From Chloroflexota bacterium (lineage in GTDB: Bacteria > Chloroflexota > UBA11872 > VXOZ01), in the NCBI GenBank assembly GCA_965221905.1, contig OZ244922.1, positions 1,472,001-1,536,000 of the forward strand: 64,000 bases of DNA, in the 5' to 3' direction. This document shows positions 27,368-37,934 of this stretch, piece by piece. The notes beneath the pieces were generated by a model. That model did not search any database. It was not told the origin of the DNA and saw nothing but the letters and a program-made list of their open reading frames with translations. Made by a program: the position numbers and the translations under genes. The stretch's first letter is position 1; each line of letters starts with the position of its first letter.

Positions 27368-27423
27368 TTGACGCTGTCGCGAGTGGCGTGCTACGCTAAT
27401 CCCTAGAAGGTGGCTAGGGTATT
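27368..27423 (+). promoter_or_regulatory. suf operon promoter with a palindromic Rrf2-type operator
   Basis: TTGACG (27368) ... TGcTACGCT, followed by the inverted repeat AATCCCTAG-N7-CTAGGGTATT (27398-27423). Confidence 0.55.
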
Positions 27424-27452
27424 GGATTGCTAGAGCAGGTTTGGGTTGTAGG

Positions 27453-27938
27453 ATGCTAGGGATTTCTACGAGAGGACATTACGGCCTCGTCATTATGACG
27501 GCGTTGGCGTTGGTGGTGGAAGGAAAACCGCTCTCTTTGGCGCGAATAGCTGAAGAGACCGGAATCTCTCTCGGCTATCTCGAGCAGATCGTGTCTACAC
27601 TTAAGGAGAAGGAACTGGTTGAGAGCGTTCGCGGCGCCAAGGGCGGCTACGTGCTCGGCAGAGATTCTTCTGAGATTACGGCGCTCCAGATAATCCTGGC
27701 GACCGAGCGTGAGATTGCCCCAATTTCCTGCTCGTTGCAGCCGGAGGAGGGTGTTTGCTGTGAGCGGGTGCACTACTGCCCAACGGTATTCCTGTGGGGT
27801 CGACTTGAACAACAGCTCAACCTCGCATTGGGGGATACGACGCTGGCAGACCTGGCACGCCACAGCCAGACTAGCAACCAAGCAACGCGCGGCAACCTCT
27901 CCGTAGTGGCTCAGATGCGCGCGGGGGCCCTGGGGTAG
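27453..27938 (+). CDS. Rrf2 family (IscR/SufR-like) transcriptional regulator
   Basis: STRGHYG, YLEQI..L..LVxSxRGxxGGY, and a Cys cluster (CSL..CC..C); first gene of the suf operon. Confidence 0.9.
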   Translation: MLGISTRGHYGLVIMTALALVVEGKPLSLARIAEETGISLGYLEQIVSTLKEKELVESVRGAKGGYVLGRDSSEITALQIILATEREIAPISCSLQPEEGVCCERVHYCPTVFLWGRLEQQLNLALGDTTLADLARHSQTSNQATRGNLSVVAQMRAGALG

Positions 27939-28072
27939 CGCCATTTGCGATACGAGCGCAGGCAAGATTGCAATGCGCCTACCGGCGTCGGTCTGAATAA
28001 GATTTGAGAGTGGCAGGCTGAAGGAAGCACGACCGGATTATGTATAAAGGGAAGGGTAGATAGCGGTTCACA

Positions 28073-28837
28073 ATGGCTACTGAGCAATCATTCTTTGAGA
28101 TTGATGATCTCCACGTCGAGATCGAAGAGAACAAGATTCTGCGTGGAGTGGACCTCTCCGTGAAGCGGGGCGAGATCCACGCGATCATGGGGCCGAACGG
28201 CTCCGGCAAGAGCACGCTGGCCCATACGCTGATGGGGCATCCAAGTTACGATGCAACTGCGGGTCAGGTGCTCTATAACGGTGAGGACATCTTGGAAAGG
28301 GAGCCAAATGACCGCGCAAAGCTCGGCATCTTCCTGGCTTTCCAGTACCCGTTGGCGATACCTGGGGTAAGCACCCTGAATTTCCTGCGTACGTCGCTTA
28401 AGGCGGTGAAGCAGAAGGAGATTAGCGCGCGGAAGTTTCGGAAACACTTGCTGAAAAAGATGGATATGCTCAAGATAAACCGCGAGTTTGCGGGTCGCTA
28501 CCTCAACGACGGCTTTTCCGGCGGTGAGAAGAAGCGGATGGAGATCCTGCAAATGGCGGTCTTGGAGCCGCAGCTCGCCATCTTAGACGAGATTGACTCT
28601 GGGCTCGATATTGACGCAATTCGCGCGGTGGGTGAGGGTATTTCTTCCATCATGCACCCCGAAATGGCCATTGTGATCATCACCCACTACCCTCGGATCC
28701 TTCACTTTGTGAAGCCCGACTATGTGCACATCATGGTGGATGGTAAGATTCGACAGTCGGGCGGGTTTGAATTGGCCGAGGAGCTTGAGGCCAAGGGATA
28801 TGACGTTCTGCTTAAAGAGGTCATGCAGGAAGCCTAG
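28073..28837 (+). CDS. sufC: Fe-S cluster assembly ATPase SufC
   Basis: GPNGSGKST, FLAFQYP, GFSGGEKKR, DExDSGLDID. Confidence 0.97.
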   Translation: MATEQSFFEIDDLHVEIEENKILRGVDLSVKRGEIHAIMGPNGSGKSTLAHTLMGHPSYDATAGQVLYNGEDILEREPNDRAKLGIFLAFQYPLAIPGVSTLNFLRTSLKAVKQKEISARKFRKHLLKKMDMLKINREFAGRYLNDGFSGGEKKRMEILQMAVLEPQLAILDEIDSGLDIDAIRAVGEGISSIMHPEMAIVIITHYPRILHFVKPDYVHIMVDGKIRQSGGFELAEELEAKGYDVLLKEVMQEA

Positions 28838-28849
28838 GAAGGCAGGTTA

Positions 28850-30268
28850 GTGATGGCGGTTACCGAGAAGGACATTCAAGAAAGCAAGAGAGTCTATAAA
28901 GAGAAGTACGGTTTTGCCGATCCCGATCAGGCGATCTATAAGGCGCCAAAGGGTTTTGACCCGGAGCGGGTGATTGAGATATCCAGCATGAAGAATGAGC
29001 CGGACTGGATGCTCAAATTCAGGCTGAAGTCGCTTGAGATTTTCAACAAGAAGCCGATGCCGGCTTGGGGCGCCAACCTCTCCCCTATTCCTTTCGATGA
29101 TCTCTCCTACTTCGTGCGTACCACGGAGAAGCAGGGCCAGACCTGGGAAGACGTGCCGGAATATATCAAGGATACGTTCGAAAAACTCGGCATTCCCGAG
29201 GCAGAGCGCAAGTTCCTGGCAGGAGTGTCCGCGCAGTACGAATCGGAAGTGGTCTATCACTCCATCCAAAAGGACCTGGAAGAGAAAGGCGTGATCTTCC
29301 TCAGTACAGAGGAAGGACTGGAGCAGCATCCCGAGCTATTTCGGCAATACTTCGGCACGGTAATCCCTTCGGCTGACAATAAGTTTGCCGCGATGAACGG
29401 CGCATTCTGGAGCGGCGGGTCATTTGTCTACGTGCCGCCGGGCGTCCAGGTGACCATACCGCTCCAGGCCTATTTCCGCATTAATTCCGAACAGATGGGG
29501 CAGTTCGAGCGGACGCTCATCATTGTGGACGAGGGCGCGTACGTACATTACGTCGAGGGCTGCACCGCGCCAGTCTACTCCACGGACTCCTTCCATAGCG
29601 GCGTGATCGAAATCATCGTCAAGAAGAACGCTCGTTGCCGCTACACGACGATACAGAACTGGTCCACCAACGTATATAACCTGGTAACCCAGCGCTCCGC
29701 AGTCTATGAAGGCGGCGTGATGGAGTGGGTGGATGCTAATCTTGGCTCAAATATCACAATGAAGTATCCCAGCGTCTATCTGATGGAGCCGGGTGCTAAG
29801 GGAGATATTCTCTCGATTGCTTACGCCGGTGACGGCCAGGTCTTGGATGCGGGAGGCAAGGCAATTCACGTTGCCCCCAATACGTCATCCAAGATCATCT
29901 CCAAGTCCATTAGTCAGCATGGTGGACGCACTTCGTTCCGTGGTTTGCTCAAGATCTATAAGGGTGCGGAAGGGTCCAAATCGGCCATGCGTTGCGACGC
30001 CCTCATACTAGACTCCGCATCGCGCTCCGATACCTACCCAACTATCGAGATTGAAGAAGAGCAGGTAAGCCTCGGCCACGAGGCCGTGGTGAGCAGAATT
30101 GGCGAGGACCAACTGTTCTACCTCATGAGCCGCGGCCTAGGCGAGTCTGAAGCGGCGGGCATGATAGTAAGCGGCTTCATCGAGCCAATCGTCAAGGAAC
30201 TGCCGATGGAGTATGCCGTGGAGATGAATCGCCTTATCCAATTGCAGATGGACAAGGCAGTGGGCTAA
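28850..30268 (+). CDS. sufB: Fe-S cluster assembly protein SufB
   Basis: [31 protein letters not shown]. Confidence 0.97.
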   Translation: MMAVTEKDIQESKRVYKEKYGFADPDQAIYKAPKGFDPERVIEISSMKNEPDWMLKFRLKSLEIFNKKPMPAWGANLSPIPFDDLSYFVRTTEKQGQTWEDVPEYIKDTFEKLGIPEAERKFLAGVSAQYESEVVYHSIQKDLEEKGVIFLSTEEGLEQHPELFRQYFGTVIPSADNKFAAMNGAFWSGGSFVYVPPGVQVTIPLQAYFRINSEQMGQFERTLIIVDEGAYVHYVEGCTAPVYSTDSFHSGVIEIIVKKNARCRYTTIQNWSTNVYNLVTQRSAVYEGGVMEWVDANLGSNITMKYPSVYLMEPGAKGDILSIAYAGDGQVLDAGGKAIHVAPNTSSKIISKSISQHGGRTSFRGLLKIYKGAEGSKSAMRCDALILDSASRSDTYPTIEIEEEQVSLGHEAVVSRIGEDQLFYLMSRGLGESEAAGMIVSGFIEPIVKELPMEYAVEMNRLIQLQMDKAVG

Positions 30269-30478
30269 GCGTAGCGATTTTGAACGGTCATTGAGCAAGC
30301 CTAGTTCGTGCAGAACGAGGCGCATAGCGCCAGACAAAGAAGCATGGCGGCCGTGCCTCTTGTGTGGCGCAATTGTTGTAAGACGCTCCGTGCGAGTGGA
30401 AAGGGTCTGGGCATGTTGATACAGGATCAGGTCCAGCACCGGCTATTTCATGTCTTTCCGAGCACAGCGCGGAATCTA

Positions 30479-31666
30479 GGAAAACTCTGAACAAGTCCCT
30501 GGCATAGTATCATAGCAAGAAAGCAGGATACGGTGAGGAGCTGGGTAATGGAGCAACCGACGTTTGCCGACTTGGAGTACGCGCAGAAGAAGCGCAAGAC
30601 GCGCCGGGGGAAGTTCTTGGAGCGGATGGACGCGCTGCTCCCGTGGGCGGAGATGGAGGCGCGCATTGCGCCGTACTATCCCAAGCCAGGGCGGGGGCGG
30701 CGGCCGTATCCCTTGTCGGTAATGCTGCGGATACACTGCGTGCAGTTGTTCTACAACCTGAGCGATCCTGGGATGGAGGACATGCTGTACGAGGTAGAAC
30801 CGGTGCGGCGGTTCGTGGGGCTGCGGCTGTCAGAGGCGCTGCCGGACGAGACGACTATTCTGCACTTTCGGCATTTGCTGGAGAAGCACCGGTTAGGAGA
30901 GGGGTTGTTGGCGGAGATCAACGCGCATTTGGCAGGTCGGGGCTTGCGGCTGCGAGCGGGGACGGTAGTGGACGCGACCATCATCGCGGCGCCGACATCG
31001 ACGAAGAACCGAGAGGGGGAGCGAGACCCGGCGATGCGGCAGGTGAAGAAGGGGAACCAGTATTACTTTGGGATGAAGCTGCACATCGGCGTCGACGCAC
31101 AGACGGGGCTCGTGCATAGCTTCACCACCACATCGGCCAACGTGCACGACGTAACGCAAGCGGCGGCGTTGCTGCACGGCGCAGAGCAGCAGGTGTGGGG
31201 AGACGCCGGGTACGTGGGGGTGCAGAAGCGACCGGAGCATCAGGGGCGCGCCGTAGCGTGGCAGGTGGCGCTCAAGCCGGGGCTGCGGCGGAAACTGGCG
31301 CCTGAGAGCGCGGCGGCGCTGGCAGAGCAGCGCAAAGCATCGGTTAGGGCCAAAGTAGAGCATCCGTTCCTGTGGGTGAAGCGGCACTTCGGCTACGCCA
31401 CGGTGCGCTACCGGGGTCTGTCCAAGAACAGGCAACGGCTGGCGTTGCTGCTGGGGCTGACCAATGTGATGACGGCCGCACGCCAGTTGGCAACATGACA
31501 CGGGAGCAGTGCGCCCAAAACACGGCCAGGAGCGTATTGCGCTTCCAACGGGACCGCATCAAAGCCAAAACAGCCCCTCCCACATGCCAAGACACACCTC
31601 AAACCACCCCACAATCCCGCACATACCCATAAACCGATGCATATCCCGACTTGCTCAGACCTTTCC
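30479..31666 (+). mobile_element. IS5-family insertion sequence (1188 bp) between sufB and sufD
   Basis: TIRs GGAAAACTCTGAACAAGTC and its partner (reverse complement GGAAAGGTCTGAGCAAGTC), 16/19 match; CTAG overlaps both ends, consistent with an IS5-type YTAR target. Confidence 0.93.
30548..31498 (+). CDS. IS5-family DDE transposase
   Basis: PDETTI, VDATII, GMKLHIGVD, GDAGY, RAKVEHPF; frame intact. Confidence 0.95.
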   Translation: MEQPTFADLEYAQKKRKTRRGKFLERMDALLPWAEMEARIAPYYPKPGRGRRPYPLSVMLRIHCVQLFYNLSDPGMEDMLYEVEPVRRFVGLRLSEALPDETTILHFRHLLEKHRLGEGLLAEINAHLAGRGLRLRAGTVVDATIIAAPTSTKNREGERDPAMRQVKKGNQYYFGMKLHIGVDAQTGLVHSFTTTSANVHDVTQAAALLHGAEQQVWGDAGYVGVQKRPEHQGRAVAWQVALKPGLRRKLAPESAAALAEQRKASVRAKVEHPFLWVKRHFGYATVRYRGLSKNRQRLALLLGLTNVMTAARQLAT

Positions 31667-31826
31667 TAGAGCGTAGCGAGGGGTTTACCCCCTGCTTAGG
31701 ACGGTCTGTGCGAGTGCGGAGTGGATGCATTCCCGCTTTCGCGGAAATGACGGACTGATTCTTGTAAAGTCATCATAACCTGGCGATTAGAACAGCTAAA
31801 CATTTTAGAAATCAGGAAAGGGAAGC

Positions 31827-33191
31827 GTGAGCCAATCATCAGTTGAACAAGCGCCATTGACTGCCTTGCAGGCCATTACGGCCGAAGCATGGCAGGAAAT
31901 CTCCCGGGCGGGCAGAGAGCCGGAGTGGGTGCGCAGCCTGCGCCAAGAGGCGTGGGAGATGTATCTAGACACGCCAATGCCCACGATGAAAGACGAAGAT
32001 TGGCGGCGGACCGACTTTCGTGAGCTTGCGCTGGACGACCTGTTGCTCTACATGCCTGCCGGTCTGGACGCGGCGAGCGAAGAAGACCTGCCGGAGACTC
32101 TCCGGTCGCACATAACCACCGGGGATGAGTGGGGCGGCCTGGCGGTGCAAGTGAATTCGGAAATAGTCTTCACGAGGCTAGACGAATCGCTTCAGGCCCA
32201 AGGGGTAATACTCGCGCCGCTGGCGGAGGCGATAAACACGCACCCGGAGCTTGCGCAGCCGCACCTCGGACGAATAGTGACACCGGGGGACGGCAAATTC
32301 CCCGCACTGCATGGCGCCTTCCTTTCGGGGGGAATATTCTGCTATGTGCCGCCCGATACTACGGTCGAACTCCCAATACAGGCGCTCATCTGGATGAATG
32401 CTGAAAATATCGCGGTTTTCCCCCATGTACTGTTGGTGGCAGATCGAGGGAGCAAGGTGACGTTTGTCGAGCGATACGCCAGCCCGACGCTTGAGGCGCA
32501 GTCCTTTTCATGTCCGGCGACTGAGGTTGTCGTGAGAGACGGTGCCCAGGTGAGCCACGTGACTATCCAAGACTGGGGACGGCATGTAATCGAGCTCGGC
32601 TTCCAGCGGCTCCGTGTCGACAATGACGGTCACCTCCATACCATTCTGTCAGCCACCGGGGGCAAACTAGTCAAGAACTACGTCGATAACAGCTTTGCAG
32701 GATCGGGCGTCGAGTCGTTCCATCGAGGGGTTTTCTTCACGGACGGCACGCAGCACATGGACTATAAGACCATGCAGGATCACCGTGCTCCCTACAGCAC
32801 GAGCGACCTGCTGGTCAAGGGTGCGCTGCGCGACCGCTCTCGCGCAGTTTTCACCGGCGTCATCAACGTCCGGAAGGGATCAAAACGAACCGACGCCTAC
32901 CAAGAGAACCGTAACTTGCTCTTGAGCAAGCGCGCGCGATCCGACTCAATACCTATCTTGGAAATCGATAACGACGACGTGCGGTGCACGCACGGATCGG
33001 CTACGGGACAGGTGGACAAAGAAGAACTGTTCTACGTCATGGCTCATGGCTTGGATAAACATAATGCGGCACGCATGTTAGTGGAGGGTTTCTTCAGCGA
33101 AGCAATTCAACATACACCGCTGGACGGCGTGCAGGCGCAGCTTGCAGGCAAGATTCGAGATAAGATGACCGGATGGAAAATAGAGGATTGA
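31827..33191 (+). CDS. sufD: Fe-S cluster assembly protein SufD
   Basis: EDWRRT, NLLLS..A.SxPxLEI..DDVxCxHG. Confidence 0.95.
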   Translation: MSQSSVEQAPLTALQAITAEAWQEISRAGREPEWVRSLRQEAWEMYLDTPMPTMKDEDWRRTDFRELALDDLLLYMPAGLDAASEEDLPETLRSHITTGDEWGGLAVQVNSEIVFTRLDESLQAQGVILAPLAEAINTHPELAQPHLGRIVTPGDGKFPALHGAFLSGGIFCYVPPDTTVELPIQALIWMNAENIAVFPHVLLVADRGSKVTFVERYASPTLEAQSFSCPATEVVVRDGAQVSHVTIQDWGRHVIELGFQRLRVDNDGHLHTILSATGGKLVKNYVDNSFAGSGVESFHRGVFFTDGTQHMDYKTMQDHRAPYSTSDLLVKGALRDRSRAVFTGVINVRKGSKRTDAYQENRNLLLSKRARSDSIPILEIDNDDVRCTHGSATGQVDKEELFYVMAHGLDKHNAARMLVEGFFSEAIQHTPLDGVQAQLAGKIRDKMTGWKIED

Positions 33192-33194
33192 CGC

Positions 33195-33506
33195 ATGGCA
33201 AATTACGTGAGAGCAGCGTCGGTTGACGACATACCGGAAGGTCGGGCGGTTGTAGTTGATATAGATGGAGAGAGTCTCGCGCTTGCGCGTGTCGATGGCG
33301 CTGTCTACTGCATCGATAACATATGCACGCATGACGGGGGCCCGCTGGGCGAGGGAGAATTGGATGGAACCGCGATTGAATGCCCCCGACACGGCGGCAG
33401 ATTTGACGTCTGTACGGGTCGTGCCCTCAGCTTTCCGGCTGTCGTGCCGGTAAATGCCTATGATGTCAAAATCGAAGGTCAGGATATATTGGTGGATCTG
33501 GAATGA
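33195..33506 (+). CDS. Rieske-type [2Fe-2S] ferredoxin
   Basis: CTH..GPL and CPRHG..FD motifs. Confidence 0.93.
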   Translation: MANYVRAASVDDIPEGRAVVVDIDGESLALARVDGAVYCIDNICTHDGGPLGEGELDGTAIECPRHGGRFDVCTGRALSFPAVVPVNAYDVKIEGQDILVDLE

Positions 33507-33552
33507 TCTGCCAGGCTGACTGACGCTACCCAAATAGATAGGACTGTGCCCG

Positions 33553-34806
33553 ATGGAAAATGGCTTCGATGTACACGCAGTGCGGCAAGAATTCCCAATC
33601 TTGGGGGTTCAGGTACATGGCAAGCCGCTGGTGTACCTCGATAACGCGGCTACCTCGCAAAAGCCGCAGGCGGTCATTGACAGCCTGGTAGATTACTATT
33701 CGCGGTATAACGCCAACGTTCACCGCGGCATTTACACTATAAGCGAACAAGCGACCGCCGCGTATGAAGAGGCGCGCGCCAAAATTGCGCGCTTTATCAA
33801 TGCGCCGTCTCCGGAGTGCATTGTCTTTGTCCGCAATACCACCGAAGCCATCAACCTTGTGCGGTATGCGTGGGGTGCCGATAACGTCAATGCCAATGAC
33901 GAGATTCTCGTTTCTGAGATGGAGCATCACTCCAATCTCGTTCCGTGGCAGTTGCTGGCGCAAGAAAAGGGAGCAGACCTCCGTTTCTTGCGCGTCAACA
34001 ACGAGGGTCGCCTCATGCTGGACGGCCTCGACGTGCTGATCACCGATAAGACGCGGCTGATTGCTGTTACGCATGTCTCCAATGTGCTCGGCACTATTAA
34101 CCCGGTGAAGGGAATAGTCAAGAAAGCGCATAAGTACGGGGCTTTGGTCTTGCTCGATGCTGCGCAGAGCGTACCCCATATGCCGGTGGACGTGCAGGAC
34201 TTGGACTGTGACTTCATGGCCTTTTCCGGCCACAAGATGATGGGCCCGACCGGCGTGGGCGTGCTCTACGCCAAGCCGCATTTACTGGAAGCAATGCGCC
34301 CCTTCATGGGGGGCGGCAGTATGATACGCAAGGTCATGCTTGCCGAATCAACGTGGGCGGACGCGCCACAAAAGTTCGAGGCGGGCACTCCCAATATCGC
34401 GGATGCAATTGCACTGGGCGCGGCCGTTGATTATCTCACCGATCTTGGCATGGAAAATGTGCGTGAGCATGAAATAGAGATTACCCAATACGCCCTAAAC
34501 CTGCTGGGCGAGATTTCAGGCGTCAAGCTCTTTGGGCCATGGGAAATACAGACCCGAGCCGGTGTAATATCTTTTGTAATGGATGGCGTGCATCCGCACG
34601 ACATCGCGCAAATTCTTGATAGCGAAGCAGTGGCAGTGAGAGCGGGGCACCACTGTTGCCAGCCGCTCATGCGACGCTTCAATGTGCCGGCCACGGCGCG
34701 GGCGAGCTTCTACGCGTACACCACTGAGCAGGACGTTGACGCGTTGATCGAGGGCATACATAAGGCGCAAAGGGTGTTCGGGCATGCAGTTGAACGATCT
34801 CTATAA
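33553..34806 (+). CDS. sufS: Cysteine desulfurase SufS
   Basis: YLDNAATSQKP, SGHKM, FEAGTP, RAGHHC. Confidence 0.97.
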   Translation: MENGFDVHAVRQEFPILGVQVHGKPLVYLDNAATSQKPQAVIDSLVDYYSRYNANVHRGIYTISEQATAAYEEARAKIARFINAPSPECIVFVRNTTEAINLVRYAWGADNVNANDEILVSEMEHHSNLVPWQLLAQEKGADLRFLRVNNEGRLMLDGLDVLITDKTRLIAVTHVSNVLGTINPVKGIVKKAHKYGALVLLDAAQSVPHMPVDVQDLDCDFMAFSGHKMMGPTGVGVLYAKPHLLEAMRPFMGGGSMIRKVMLAESTWADAPQKFEAGTPNIADAIALGAAVDYLTDLGMENVREHEIEITQYALNLLGEISGVKLFGPWEIQTRAGVISFVMDGVHPHDIAQILDSEAVAVRAGHHCCQPLMRRFNVPATARASFYAYTTEQDVDALIEGIHKAQRVFGHAVERSL

Positions 34807-35239
34807 GGAGATCATCCTTGACCACTACCAAAGCCCTCACAACCGGGGCAAGCCGCCGCATGCCGATATTGAAGCTGAAGGTGTCAATCCGCTCTGCGGG
34901 GATGAAGTTGAGGTCTTCGTTCTGCTGGACGGGGAGCTTTTGAAGGAAGTGCGCTTCGACGGCGTGGGTTGTGCGATTAGTCTCGCGGCAGCATCGATGA
35001 TGACTGAGATACTTGAAGGTAAGTCCAAAGAAGAGGTCAGGCACATTGGAGGCCTCTTCAAGGCCCTGATGCATGGCGAGGACGTCACGCTGCCTGACGA
35101 GATGGAGGACCTAGAATCCCTGAAGGGCGTTGCGAACTTCCCTCTGCGCGTTAAGTGCGCCATGCTGCCCTGGACGACGCTGGAACACGGCTTGGCCAAT
35201 GAAGTTGCCGGCCGCAAGGTCTCTATCGAGGTAGAGTAA
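34784..35239 (+). CDS. sufU: SufU zinc-dependent sulfur transfer protein
   Basis: LYxExILDHY..P.N, NPLCGD, GCAIS, RVKCA. Confidence 0.95.
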   Translation: MQLNDLYKEIILDHYQSPHNRGKPPHADIEAEGVNPLCGDEVEVFVLLDGELLKEVRFDGVGCAISLAAASMMTEILEGKSKEEVRHIGGLFKALMHGEDVTLPDEMEDLESLKGVANFPLRVKCAMLPWTTLEHGLANEVAGRKVSIEVE

Positions 35240-35244
35240 CGGGC

Positions 35245-35397
35245 CTACTTACTGGAGATTCCGCGCACTATGCCTTTGACTGCAACCATGATAGCCAAAC
35301 AGGTCAAAATGGCAATCATTGGCGCGACTACGAATGGCAGCCCTGAAAAGAAACCCCAAACGATAAACCCGATCACGCGCAGCACGAAGTCCAGCAT
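35245..35397 (-). CDS. Small hypothetical membrane protein
   Basis: 50-aa highly hydrophobic ORF convergent with sufU. Confidence 0.4.
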   Translation of the reverse strand: MLDFVLRVIGFIVWGFFSGLPFVVAPMIAILTCLAIMVAVKGIVRGISSK

Positions 35398-35602
35398 CTG
35401 CACAATCCTCCGAGATCTTAGTTCTCCGGCACAGGCGAAAGTAGCCTCATAGTACACTAATCGTGCGTAGGGCGCATCTCTTGTGCTTTGCTTCTTTTGC
35501 CACTCAAGTCCTCGCGATTCAACATGAGCATTTAGGGTGTATTCCTAATTTAAGTGCTGTCATTTCCAAGGCAGCAGTGCAGTCATTAGGAGCAGTAACA
35601 AC

Positions 35603-36409
35603 ATGGCGGCAAAGATTGGATGTCAGGCGCGACTCTGGTTGCGGGAGACCCAAGATCTTGGCAGCATCCTGCCAACTATAGGCAGGGACTTGGGGGCGGC
35701 CGGCTACGATGGATTGGAAGTTGGCTACGCCTATGTCAACAACCCGGACGACATAGCGGCCTACCGGAAGGCAGTCGACGACAAAGGACTGAGAACCGCA
35801 GGCATTCACGTGGGCGGAGCCTGGCATGACCCCGGCACTGTCCGAGAGAAGTCCATGCCCCAGGCGCGAGCCGCGGCTGACTTTGCGGGAGCAGTGGGCG
35901 CTGAGTACCTCGTCATTAGCACGGGGCGCAAACAGGACGGCTCGCTCACACAAGAAGAAATCGGCCTGCAGGTAGCCCACCTCACGGAGCTCTGCGCGTA
36001 CACCCTAGCCAAAGGTGTGATGCCGCTCTTGCACAACCATCAGCACGAGTTTGAAGACGGTGCGCAGGTATTCTATGGGATCATGTCCGGCATCGACGCC
36101 GGCTTGCTTGGCTTGTGCCTGGACATTAACTGGGCTATGGGGGCAGGCGCTGACGGTGTAGCGGTGCTCAAGGAGTTCTACTCGCGGCTGCGTATGGTGC
36201 ACCTTCGCGATACGGTGAAAGACGCCGCCTGTGTGGAGGTGATGGGCGAGGGCGACGTGGCGCTGAATGAAATAATTTCGGTGCTGCGTGAAGCTGAGTA
36301 CGCGCACTGGGTTCTCTACGAGTGGTCTGCCTGCGACCCGACGACCAACCGTCCTACGGCTGAAATCGCGCGGCTAAACCAAGAATATCTTCGCCAAGCG
36401 CTGAGCTGA
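35603..36409 (+). CDS. Sugar phosphate isomerase/epimerase (IolE-like TIM barrel)
   Basis: GYDGLE, HNHxxEF, LDxxW, HLRD; RBS AGGAG. Confidence 0.85.
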   Translation: MAAKIGCQARLWLRETQDLGSILPTIGRDLGAAGYDGLEVGYAYVNNPDDIAAYRKAVDDKGLRTAGIHVGGAWHDPGTVREKSMPQARAAADFAGAVGAEYLVISTGRKQDGSLTQEEIGLQVAHLTELCAYTLAKGVMPLLHNHQHEFEDGAQVFYGIMSGIDAGLLGLCLDINWAMGAGADGVAVLKEFYSRLRMVHLRDTVKDAACVEVMGEGDVALNEIISVLREAEYAHWVLYEWSACDPTTNRPTAEIARLNQEYLRQALS

Positions 36410-36600
36410 CGCATCGCGGGGCCGGCACAATTTACCCTTGTGCACTTCTCCTACCGGCGCTGCATGACAGCTTGGGTGAGGAGTGAATGCACTTTAGGGG
36501 TGCGATGCGTTGATCTCTCTCGAATTCTCCGTTCACCTGTGGAGAAGGTGTGGAAAAGCTGTTGGACCGCTCAAACTATTCTGGATTGCGCAATCTGCAG

Positions 36601-36697
36601 CGGAGGCGCATGGGAGTCGAACCCACCCAGGACGGGAGTAGCCCGCCCCGCAGACGGTTTTGAAGACCGCGAGGCCCACCGGGACCCGAGCGCCTCC
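36601..36697 (-). tRNA. selC: tRNA-Sec (anticodon TCA)
   Basis: 8-bp acceptor GGAGGCGC/GCGCCTCC, 6-bp D stem with 4-nt loop, CT-TCA-AA loop, long variable arm, 5-bp T stem; CCA not encoded. Confidence 0.93.
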
Positions 36698-37103
36698 ACA
36701 TTTCAGTCTAGCAGTCTTCTTCGCGGCAGGAAAAGGCAGCACTGCTTTCCCACCCATAAACGGCCCAGAGCCCAGTATGCCTTGGGGCTATGAACGCGAA
36801 GCTCTGGAGTCCAAATCATACCGGCGGCAGGAATTACAGTCTTGGTTAGCGGTAGTCATTGCCGCTCGCAGTTGGATGGTACGTGGGCTTCTAACCACTT
36901 ACTTGACAATGCCTGCCCATGTTCGGTATCTAAGAATTGCAAGGGTCGGCGCCTTGTGACAATGTGGACAGTGCCTGCGCCTGCAAGAGAGTGGAGTGAG
37001 CCCTGTGTGTGAGTTGGAAATGGAAGTCGAAAGCGCGGAAGACGCAATAGTGAAGACCTACAAAAGCCGAATTTCTTAGAACTCAATCCGTGTGGTGTGA
37101 CAA

Positions 37104-37934
37104 ATGCGTGTTGGATTTAATCCTCGTTTACAGCCGTTTCGCCGTATGAGTGTGGCTGAACAGTTGCAGGAGACGTTGCACACGGCCCAGCGCCTAGAGT
37201 TTGCGGTAATAGAGATCAATGTGGGTGAGGTTCTCTATCGCAAGGGGTTGTGGGATACGTTTACGCGGGACGTGCTGGAAGTCATGGCGCACGCGTCCCT
37301 GCAGTTTCAGGTAAACCTCTTCCCGGATGAAGGATTCGAAGAGGCGCCGAGCGACATCACCCCTATACCGCGCTCGGTCTATCTGCGGCGGCTTGTCCAG
37401 ACAATCGAGTTCTTCGAAGCCTATGCCCCGATGTCGCTCTACGTAATGCATGCAGGACGACGCAAGAGGCACATCGACGATCACTTGAAAGCGCTCTATG
37501 AGGCGTTTCAGGCGCTGCTCGTGCTCTATCCGGGCGTGCCGCTGGCGATCGAAAACGGTGGGCGCGAGACCGTGCTGCACTTCCCCGACGACTTTCTGAC
37601 ATTCCTGGACGCCTTCCCGGCATTGCGGTTCGTGATGCATACCGGTTGCGCGTTTCAGTCGGTAATGTGGGATAACGACCAGCTAGCGCGCTACGTGCGC
37701 AAGGCGTCGCGCTTCGTGGATCGACTTGCTGCCATTCGTTGGACAAATGCCAATCCGGTCACTGACCCCGATCGCCCTTTGCAGCTAGAACTCGATCGAG
37801 CACCCGACCTTGCGCTGATAATGCGAGGGCTAGGGCGAAATCCTGCCTTGGTGCACGTGCTCGATACGGTAGGCGGCAGACCGTCTGCCCTAGCTCGTGA
37901 ACGGCGTGCGCTGCACGCTCAAGTCCAGCGCTAG
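37104..37934 (+). CDS. Divergent xylose-isomerase-like TIM barrel protein
   Basis: VMHAG and LAIENG motifs present; other metal-ligand motifs altered. Confidence 0.55.
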   Translation: MRVGFNPRLQPFRRMSVAEQLQETLHTAQRLEFAVIEINVGEVLYRKGLWDTFTRDVLEVMAHASLQFQVNLFPDEGFEEAPSDITPIPRSVYLRRLVQTIEFFEAYAPMSLYVMHAGRRKRHIDDHLKALYEAFQALLVLYPGVPLAIENGGRETVLHFPDDFLTFLDAFPALRFVMHTGCAFQSVMWDNDQLARYVRKASRFVDRLAAIRWTNANPVTDPDRPLQLELDRAPDLALIMRGLGRNPALVHVLDTVGGRPSALARERRALHAQVQR

